This document shows, in pieces, positions 51,628 to 61,753 of a stretch of 64,000 nucleotides of DNA. Below the pieces are notes generated by a model. It saw nothing but the letters and a program-made list of their open reading frames with translations, had not been told where the DNA came from and made no database searches. This DNA comes from Octopus sinensis (taxonomy: Eukaryota): positions 29,822,001 to 29,886,000 of the forward strand of contig NC_043001.1 in the NCBI RefSeq assembly GCF_006345805.1, written 5' to 3'. The position numbers and the translations under genes were made by a program. Within the stretch, counting starts at the first letter, position 1. Each line of letters starts with the position of its first letter.

Positions 51628-51966
51628 TATAACAATAAGGGTTAGGGTTAGGTTGCTTGACAACATACCGAAAATTTTAGAAATAGCAGCTAAAAGACTA
51701 CTATTTCCTTTTTCTACAAAAATATGTCTCCACAGACAACAATATTTGTAACTCACACATGGCAAAAATATATATATAAACTATTGAAAAGGTTGCAAGA
51801 CGTAACGAAAAGTTTAGGACAATAAAAATAAGAAAAACGTGGAATTTTTACCAATGAGTGTGTTACATAATAAGTCACAAAAAGAAAATGACTCTCCCCA
51901 GACACAATAGAAAATGCTTCAACACACGAACTCATATAAAGAATCTTGCAAACCAAATCCAAAAAC

Positions 51967-52015
<49 letters not shown>

Positions 52016-52140
52016 GGTTAATTTAGTACGGTGTCCACTGATAATTCATTAAATAATGTATGTGTATATATATCCTAATTATGTATGTGTATATATATTC
52101 TAAATGATTGATACAGAAGACAACGTAGAGAAAACTTTAT

Positions 52141-52254
52141 TTATCACAATGATCGTTTCGGCATTCTTCTGCACTGCTCCCTAGTGGATGGGCAATGACA
52201 TAATGGAATCAAATTCACCCCCACAGCCCAGAAGAAATCTCATCAGGCGACATA
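52141..52254 (-). ncRNA. Type I hammerhead ribozyme motif with extended helix II (Penelope-like)
   Basis: Minus strand: TTATGTCGC-CTGATGA-G..TTCTTCTG...CAGAAGAA..C-GAAA-CGATCATT-GTGATAA, followed by AATAAA. Confidence 0.6.
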
Positions 52255-52707
52255 ATAGGCTTCTAAGTTATAAAATTTACATTTCGCTCATATGTGTAGC
52301 TGGATGATATTGTTAGTATAGGTGAGTTGGTAGTAGTCGGCTCCCAAATTCATTGATAGAGCAGAATAACTGTGATGTGTATTCAGAGCTCGACAGGCAG
52401 AAAGTGGTTGATAAAAAATACAAAGTAGAATGCAAAGAATAAAGAGGTAGGTTTGAATGACTCTGGAATGAAAGTCAGTCTAAAGTGTGGGAGTTCGTTA
52501 ATAGTTGGCCGTGTTTGTCAATTCTTGACCTGGCCAAGAATGTGCTGGGGGTGTGGTTCACGTCTTTAGACTTGATGGTTACTTAATGACCCTATGGCAC
52601 GTATCAGTATTCCTACAGCAATTCACACCTACGCCTATATACACACATACATGTGCATGCTCGTTTATACTCACTCGTGTCACTTATACACACACACACA
52701 TGCATAC

Positions 52708-52772
<65 letters not shown>

Positions 52773-52876
52773 TCTTTTATTCTTTGTCATTTGACTGCGG
52801 CCATCACCGCCATCCTATCAACAGCATCACCACTACAAACAACTATAGTTCCTAGTATATATATATATATATGTTC

Positions 52877-53278
52877 TTTTATTCTTTTACTTGTTTCAGT
52901 CATTTGACAGCGGCCATGCTGGAGCACCGCCTTTAGTCGAACAAAATTATTCTTTGTATGCCTAGTACTTATTCTATCGGTCTCTTTTGCCGAACCGCTA
53001 AGTTACGGGGACGTAAAGGCACCAGCATCGGTTGTCAAGCGATGTTGGGGGAACAAACACAGACACACAAACATATATACACGCACACACATACATACAT
53101 ATACATATATTCGACGGGCTTCTTTCAGTTTCCGTCTACCAAATCCACTCACAAGGTCTTGGTTGGTCCGAGGCTATAGTAGAAGACACTTGCTCAAAGT
53201 GTCATGCAGTGGGACTGAACCTGGAACCATGTGGTTGGTAAGCAAGCTACTTACTACACATCCACTCCTGCGCCTATG
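52877..53278 (-). mobile_element. Full-length SINE 'A'
   Basis: tRNA-like head at 53278, internal microsatellite at about 53060-53110, tail GGCGGTGCTCCAGCATGGCCGCTGTCAAATGACTGAAACAAGTAAAAG. Confidence 0.87.
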
Positions 53279-53299
53279 TACATATAACTTTAATTATGA

Positions 53300-53359
<60 letters not shown>

Positions 53360-53947
53360 TGTGTGTGTGTCTTTGTTCTCCCATTACCGCTTGACAACCG
53401 GTTTTTGTATGTTTAAGTCCCGGTAGCTTAGCGGTTCATCAAAAGAGACTGATAGAACAAGTATTAGGCTTTAAAAATAAGTCCTGGGATCGATTTGTTC
53501 GTATAAAAACTCGTGCAAAACATGACCACACTCAACTGTTTGAAACAAATAAATGAATAAAAATACCGGTATGTCAAGTACCACGAAATTTTCTGATTTA
53601 TTAAAACCATCTCCGCCTCTAGATGATGCATCATAATTATCGAATGTTAATTATTACCGCCTCCACTTGAGAAGGGAAGATAATCTCAAAATTCAAGGTT
53701 TCTTCAAAACTGATATGCCATTAAGGGAAAAGACAGGTTTATTGTCTGGAGATAAGAGGACAGTTGTAACCAGCCTTCGGCAGCTCGACGATTGTCCAAT
53801 CTTATCTGCAGTAAATACAGGACTTACACTTATACAAACAGTAGAAAACAGTTATGGTCTAGGTAATTTGCATAATTTAAACAAAAATGAATTAAGCGAA
53901 ATATATACACACATATATTGTAGAGCATCACATTATTGGTTATGGCA

Positions 53948-54530
53948 TTCAACCACAACCGAGATGGGAACTTCATGGTAAAAAGGTTTTTCTCTCTATC
54001 TGGTGGGATTGTAAAGGAGTAATTCACTTTGAATTGTTACCACCTAATGCAACAATCAATGCTCAAGTCTACTGTCAGCAATTAGAGCGTTTGAACCAAG
54101 CTTTGAAGATAAAAAAAGACCCGCTTTAGTGAATCGAAAAGAAGTGACGTTTCATCAGGTCAATGCGCGACCCCACACTGCAAAGATCACATCACAGAAG
54201 ATCGAAGAGCTTGGTTGAGAAAAAATTCCTCATCCACCTTATTCTCCCGACCTTGCTCCTTCAGACTATCATTTGTTTCGTAGTTTACAGAATCATTTGG
54301 GGGAGATAACTTTCGCAAGCCAGGAGGGGGTTGAAACTGACATTTCAGATTTCTTCGCTTTGAAACCAAAAGAGTTTTACATTGATGGGATTAAAAATAT
54401 TGTAGATAGATGGAAAGAAGTCATAGATAATTAGAGAAAGTACATTGATGATTAAATTTCAATTAAATATAACATTTGATCACTTGTTTTTTATTCAAAA
54501 TTTGGACGGAATTTATTCGATAACCTGATA
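53948..54530 (+). mobile_element. 5'-truncated mariner transposon relic
   Basis: KKVFLSIWWDCKGVIHFELLP, NARPHTAK and HPPYSPDLAPSDYHLFRSL. Stops and a frameshift. Right-TIR-like end at about 54500-54530. Confidence 0.88.
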
Positions 54531-56689
54531 ATAGAATGCCATTTAATCAGACCGAGTTACTTTATACTTTAAGCTACAAATATCCATTAAATTAAATATT
54601 GTTGGTCTTGCCTTAGTTTTGTTTTGATTTCGTCATTTTTTTCCTAAATAGCAATTAATACATGGAGTGATGCTAGAGCTCACTTAAATAATTTGACGTC
54701 AAAACTTGGTCAAAATTGTTAATAGAAAAGTTATGAATGTAGTCGAACTTATCTGGTAACAATAGACATTTTTCCAAATCGATAAAAATTTTCCGTCATA
54801 GTGAAACACCAGATAAAGAATAGAACACTAGTATTATACTGAACAAGTTATTCATTTTATTTTTTACTTCGTTTGACATATCTTTAGAAAACATCATTAT
54901 GTTAAGTATGCGTATGCATGTTTTGTTGAAGAAGAAATTTTGTGTGCGTGGAAGGCACTTTCTGTACACTTCTTTGCATTCCTGGGCGTTTAACAATGCT
55001 ACATGCATTCAGTAAATCTCCAGGTGAACTTACGTCATGGTAAGTTGTTATATCTATCACAAAGAAAAGGTAATTCCAGTTTAATATAGCGATATTTCAT
55101 TTCTTTCATTTTTTTTTTATTACGTATGTCAGTTTCCACCTCCCAAAAATGTAGGTGGCCATAAGTTTTAGTAACCGTTTGCCTAGAGTAGAAAAGAATG
55201 GAGGAAATAGCAAATGTCTGAGACAGACAAGTATCCGACTAATTGCCAACAGTATTTAGTTTTGTCAGTCTTTCTTCCGAGATAGAATCCCAATGGAGTT
55301 AGGTTTGTCTTTGCCTTTCTGTCCGTTTACGTCGAATGTTCTACGAGCTAGTTATATAATGTGGGTCTATTTTAGTTAGCTTTACCCACACACCCACGCT
55401 AAATATGTAGCCTTGTGCCCATGTTATAGACTAATATGATTTAGATCAATATTACTTGACTTTACAACTCTCACCAATGTCTTACCTTGAGCCCATATTA
55501 AAGATCATCACGATGTACTCTATCTTAGTTGTTTTTACTCCCCACAAATATATAACCTTGATTCCATGTAAGAGATCGATTAATTTAATAAGACAGAAAC
55601 ATGTTCAGAGTTGTCTTCGGTATTTGCGAAAGCGATTAAAATATTATTAGCCATTTTGCTAATGTTCTCCTCACCGCATTACCATTGCTAATTAGATTTT
55701 TTTATGCACTACATTGAATGTCTTTATCCTTACTTCAGTTTTGATTGTCATGCAAATAGCATCTCTGGATAATTAACCTTTTTTTTTTTAAACAAATACT
55801 GACAACATGCTTTGTCGGTCAAAATCAACAGCTGCCATGCCAGTTTACAACTATGTTTCTATTACCTGCTTTAGTCATATCGCATTATTTAAATTGCTGA
55901 AATCTGTGGATTGGTAGAATCTTTAAAATATAAAACAAAACACCTTACAGTTGATTCTTTATTACCCACTAGGGGCTACATAGAGGGGACGTTACAAACA
56001 TTGGGGACATAGAGCATCACAATTACATAGATATGAGTATAATGAATTTTGAAAATGATATATGAAAGCGGTGCCAACGGCCCCATCCGCTAGCACCACT
56101 TACCTGTCCTGTTGTTTCCACTGTCACCTGAATGTTCATTCCCAATACGAAGACCATCCATATCTATTCTTACTCCAAAACCCTCCTCCATTTTTTCCAC
56201 GAATTCATCGCTCATTCTTATATCTTTCACCTCCCAATTCTCCCTTTCACACCTCAACACAAACTCATCTATATTCTTCTACAAAACACCTTACAGTATT
56301 TATTACAGCTCTTTGCGTTCTAAATTCAAAACATCGCCGAGGTGAGCTTTGCTTTTCTTTCTTGCGGGATCGATAAAATAAAGTACTAAGGGCAATTTCA
56401 TCGACTAACCCGTCCTACAAAATTTTGGCATTGTAATTATATTAAAATTATTATTTAAGCTGTTTAATAGCCAAGGCGCGAAAATCATTCTATACTCTTT
56501 CTGTGGGCAGTTTTATCACTAAACGATTGAGGCTATTGTGACATGTTTGCTCTTTTAAGTTACCGCTTACAACGTTTTGTTTTATATAAGGCACTAATGA
56601 CATTGAAACGATATACGCAGGACACTACATTTTCTCAATGAATTTGTCCATTTTGTGTCCAGTCAAATACAGACATTGTTTTTCTTTTA

Positions 56690-57052
56690 CCTGTTTTAGT
56701 CATTAAATTGCGGCCATACTGGAGCACCACCTTCAAGAATTTTTAGTCGAATGAATGGACCCCAGTACTTATTTATTTTTTTTCCTAAGCCTGGTACTTA
56801 TCTTATTGGTTTCTTTTACTGAATCGCTAAGTTACGGTGACATAAACACACCAACACCGGTTAAGCGGTGGGGGGGTCATACACACACACGACGGGATTC
56901 TTCCAGTTTCCGCCTACCAAATCCACTCACAAAGCTTTGATCGGTACGAGGTCATAGAAGAGGACACTTATCCAAAATGCCACGCAGTGGGATTGGACCC
57001 GGGACCATATGGTTAGGAAGCAAGCTTCTTACCACAGAGTCATGCCTGTGCC
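56690..57052 (-). mobile_element. Older full-length SINE 'A'
   Basis: Diverged homology to 52877-53278 including the tail. Confidence 0.75.
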
Positions 57053-57659
57053 TAGGTGAATAAAATTCTGCAGGATAAAATAATGGAATTGACCGTAACA
57101 GTGAATACAACACTATTCTAATTTGATTTGATAATCTATTGCTTTGAGTTCAAATCTCGTTGGCTTCTTTGTCATCAATTAATAGATCAAAATCATGGTC
57201 ACACTCGTCGATTTCGACGTGTGAGATTTTTGAAGGAAATTATTAAAGAAAAAAAAAGATTAAAAATGAAAAAAGCTGATGGATGCGTGAATATAATTTG
57301 AGTCTAGGTATGGATTTTGCAAGGATGTCACCATGGGGAAATTGATGATTTTTATTAAACAATTGTGTGTGTTGATTTGGACAAATGTGTCCGTTGATTT
57401 TAGGGGTTTTTTTTTCTGTTTCTTCAACTCAAATTGTTTAGATACATCAAGACAAATTTTACGCCACTCAGATAAAAAATAAAAGAAATAAAGATAATCA
57501 TTTCTTATATTATTTCAAGACCATATATTTGTAAGAGAAAGTGCGAATTCGATTGAATCTGCTTTAATATATTACTGATACTTATTCCTTTTGCCTAGAT
57601 TACAGGTTAAACTGAACTAAATTTGTACTCAGAAAGTAAAAGATTTTTAATTAAACACG

Positions 57660-58041
57660 TGAAATTGTCACCCATAATTATGACCCTAGTATCGATCTAT
57701 TGCATTTCAATCTATTTTAGGGTTAGGTTTAGAGTTAGGGTTAGAGGGGGGAAGGGTACCCTTTTTTTCTTCACAAATGTAAATAAACCCAATCTGTTTT
57801 TTAAACGAGGGACATATTCATACGGCTCAGAGTGTTTTCACCCCAATAGACGTCATTGATTGGTTGAAATTGCAGAAACTGAAGAAAAAAAAACAACAAA
57901 TATCTTATAAACTATAGAATTTTCTCAATAAAGCCAAGAGAAAAAGATATTTATAAACATATTCTACCAGTCTACGAAGTTTAAAAGTGTTTAGTTACGT
58001 GGAAATTATTTTTAAAACTGCCGGTCAAACCGAAAAGATCC
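57660..58041. mobile_element. Third, left-truncated copy of the 29-bp-TIR MITE
   Basis: Same interior and right TIR (...CAAACCGAAAAGATCC). Confidence 0.82.
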
Positions 58042-58106
58042 CGTAAGCTATTTCATCCAACACGCTACTGTTCCTGTTATTTCACCTCTCTAAATTAAGT
58101 ACTTGT

Positions 58107-58397
58107 GGAGGCACATAGCTTAGTGGTTAGAGCAGCGGACTCGCAGTCGAGGGATCGCGGGTTCGAATCTCAGACCGGGCGATGTGTATGTTTATGAGCG
58201 AAACACCTAAGCTCCACGCAATTCCGACAGAAGGTAATGGCGAACTTCTGCTGACCCTTCACCACAACTTTCTCTCACTCTTTCCTCTTGCATCTCACCT
58301 GCAACGGACCGGCGTCCCGTCCAGGTGGGGAACCTATACGCCAAGGAAACCGGGAAACCGGCCCTTATGAGCCAGATATGGCTCGAGAAGGAACAAA
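58107..58397 (+). mobile_element. tRNA-derived SINE 'D2'
   Basis: A box TAGCTTAGTGG, B box GGTTCGAATCT, body shared with D1, distinct tail ending GGCTCGAGAAGGAACAAAA. Confidence 0.8.
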
Positions 58398-58673
58398 ATT
58401 AGATATTTATTTCAACCACAAAAGCTTCTCTTTTATCTAAACAAAGGAACTGTTCATAAAGACCCACCCGTGACCAATACCAATTCAGCATTTTACCATG
58501 AGTAATGATGATAAAATGATAACAGTAACATACTAGGAACATTTGTCTATACGCCTCTTGACTCAAACCAGTCTTGTGCACACTGGAATATTTTGACATA
58601 CATTTTACAAACATTGTTGTTTAGCCCCAGGTAAGTCTTGGTCGAATAGACAAATCATGAAGGACATTCTAAA

Positions 58674-58815
58674 TGTAACACACACACACATGCTCGTGTG
58701 TATAAACTCCAATATTCTGTTCCTTCTTAAGGCGGTAAAACGTGTGTAACACACACACACATGCTCGTGTGTATAAACTCCAATATTCTGTTCCTTCTTA
58801 AGGCGGTAAAACGTG
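58674..58815. repeat. Perfect 71-bp tandem duplication
   Basis: 58674-58744 is identical to 58745-58815. Confidence 0.92.
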
Positions 58816-59829
58816 ATATTAGAAAGATTTTAGTGTTCGTTATTAACTCCATTTGTTAAAAGATCCATTTACTTTCGCATATTAACACTAGACCATACAT
58901 TGATATGGGGTGGGGTACAGTCGACTGTCTCACGATTACTTTTGTTGGGATTTGAACACAGAACTTGAACGAACGATGTTAGACACTGATTATAATTTTT
59001 GGTATGACAAATTTGTAGAGAAGGAGACTGAATACATTGAACTGACTACAATACGTAACTGGCAGTTATTAGATGAAAGTTAAAAAAAAAACTTTTATGA
59101 GATATGAACTCAGAATTAAATAACGTAACTAAATATTGCAAATAATTTAATCGGACATCCAACAGTCTCTACTACTCTATCACCTTCGAATTTATACATA
59201 ATGATTTTTCACACTGTCACAAGGTTTCAGATTTGGAGAAGCAGCATAATCGATTACATCAGGTTCAATACATAATTGATACTTTTCCTATCCTTAAAAC
59301 CTAAAGAAACTCTTCTCCGGGATGAGGATTTGTGACTCAGAACGTAAAAGGATTGTACTCTATTAAATTATGTTGTTTACCACCACTCTTGATTTTATAA
59401 ATGTTGATTTCAGATCATTGTTTATCAATATCTTATTTCAGTCTTTGGACTGTGTCCATGCTAGGGCACCGCCTTGAAGGGTTTTAGCTGGATAAATCGA
59501 CTTCAGTGCCTACTTTCAAACCCGGTACTCTCTCTGACGGTCTGTTTATGACGAACCGAAGGCGAAAACAAACCAATACCACCTGTCAATCGGCGATAGT
59601 GAGGAACAAACACAAAGACACGCACAAACTTTACCACATGTGAATTGTTGGCGATTTTCTTCCTCCGTCTTCTCTTCTATCGGACTGTCCTCTGTTTCCG
59701 AAGAAGAACGTCTGCTCGAAACGTTAAACCATCTTTCTTTCCTTCCCTGAGCGTCTGCTAATACTCTACATGTACAACGTCCTCGCATTATTGTTTTTTT
59801 TTGTGTCTGTTCTTCTTTTTGGGATTTAC

Positions 59830-59867
<38 letters not shown>

Positions 59868-59873
59868 TATACA

Positions 59874-60770
59874 CAGGGATTGGACAAAATAATGGAAACG
59901 CCTTAAATTTTCAAACAAATTTATTTTAATATGGGGTAGGACCGCCTTTGGCAGTAATTATAGCTTGAATTCTATGAGGTATGGACTCGTACGAAGTTTG
60001 AATTGTTTCCAAAGGAATTTTTACCCATTCTTCAGCTAAAACAGTCTCCAGTTCATGTAGTGATGATGGTGGAGGATATTGACTCATTACTTGTTTTCCT
60101 AAAATGCACAATAAATGTTCAATAATTCTGCTATGACGGGAAACAATTGGGCCGGCGGATTTCCAAGATATAGACCCCCACACGTATACTCGGCCGGTGG
60201 CTAGAAATAAGGTAAAGGATAACTCGTCCGAGAAAATGACATTCTTCCACTGCTCTAGGGACCAATTCTGTAGGTTTTTACTCCACTTTAAACGCTTTGC
60301 AACGTTTGTTTTTGAAAGTAGTGGTTTTCTGATTGCAGCCCCACCCCCGTGAAATCCAGCTTTGTGCAGCTCCCGGCGAACAAATTTTGTGGAAACTGGG
60401 TTCTCGAGGTGGTCATTAAGCTCTGAAGTAATTTTGGGAGTTGTACTTTTGTGATCATTTCTAACAATTCGCGTAAGAGTCCGACGGTCACTATCTGAAA
60501 GTTTTGGTTTTCTTCTGGAGTTTTGTTTCGATGAAGAGGCTGTCATTACTTTCGAGACTGTACTTCTTGATACACCAAATATTTCGGCTGTTTTTGTTAC
60601 GCTAGCGTCTGTCATACGAGCACCAGCAATTTGACCACTTTGGAAGTTCGATAGATCTCTCATTTTAATGAATTTTAATTACCTTTTTCTGATGTTCTCT
60701 GAAAAGAAACTGCAATTTTAGCAAAACATATTAAGCAACACTAATAATAAATCAAAAAACATAAAAATAC
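59874..60770 (-). mobile_element. Internally deleted Tc1-like transposon with open 245-codon ORF (59926-60663)
   Basis: Paired-like HTH (FGVSRSTVSKV), RKPLLS, WKNVIFSDE and the GGPTPY terminus. TIR CAGGGATTGGACAAAATAATGGAAAC at 59874. The other TIR is lost. Confidence 0.87.
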
Positions 60771-60774
60771 ACAA

Positions 60775-61110
60775 CGATGAGGGTTGAACAGCCTGTTCGT
60801 GAAGTTAGCGTGCAAGAGGCCGAGCACTCCACGAACACGTGTACCCTTAACGTAGTTCTCGGGGAGATTTAGTGTGATACAGTGTGGCAAGCTGGCCCTT
60901 TGAAATACAGGTACAAGAGAAACAAGAAGAAAGAGTGAGAGAAAGTTGTGGTGAAAGAATACAGCAGGGTTCGCCACGATTCCCTGCAGGAGCTTTCTGG
61001 AGTGTTTTAGGTGTTTTCGCTCAACACTCACAACGCCCGGTCTGGGAATCGAAACAGCGATCCTGCGACCGCGAGTCCGCTGCCCTAACCACTGGGCCAT
61101 TGCACCTCCA
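60775..61110 (-). mobile_element. tRNA-derived SINE 'D1' (D head/body + C-type tail)
   Basis: Head GGAGGTGCAATGGCCCAGTGGTTAGG, body like D2, tail TGTATTTCAAAGGG...GAGAACTACGTTAAGGGTACACGTG like SINE C. Confidence 0.82.
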
Positions 61111-61192
61111 TAAGTGTCTTCTACTATAGCCTCGGGCGACCAAAGCCTTGTGAATGGATTTGGTAGACGGAAACTGAAAGAAGCCCGTCGTA

Positions 61193-61275
<83 letters not shown>

Positions 61276-61467
61276 TGTTCCCCCAACATCGCTTGACAAC
61301 CGATGCTGGTGTGTTTACGTCCCCGTAACTTAGCGCATCGGCAAAAGAGACCGATAGAATAAGTACTGGGCTTGCAAAGAATAAGTCCTGGGGACGATTT
61401 GCTGGACTAAAGGCGGTGCTCCAGCGTGGCCATAGTCAAATGACTGAAACAAGTAAAAGAGTAAAAA
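61111..61467 (+). mobile_element. Headless SINE 'A' with internal microsatellite and intact tail
   Basis: Starts AAGTGTCTTCTACTATAGCC; ends CAGTCAAATGACTG-like TAGTCAAATGACTGAAACAAGTAAAAGAG. Confidence 0.85.
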
Positions 61468-61468
61468 C

Positions 61469-61530
<62 letters not shown>

Positions 61531-61753
61531 AGATGAAAATAGTTAAAATTTTAAAATTATATTTAAAGATTTAACTGGTTTCACAGATTACACTCATTTT
61601 CAAAAGTTGGGATAGAAAGACGTGGGTTATACTGCAATTGTCTTGCTTCTGACAAGTGCTTTGAAGTTTGTCCTATTCTTTATAGGGAGTACGTGGCATA
61701 AAATAGTATATAAAAATAGGACAATCTTCAAATGCTAGTCAGAAGCAAGACAG

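Noticed and set aside
58107-58180. tRNA-like sequences (also 10995-11070, 47094-47165, 61035-61110)
   Set aside because: No proper acceptor stem, and each continues into a SINE body; these are SINE heads.
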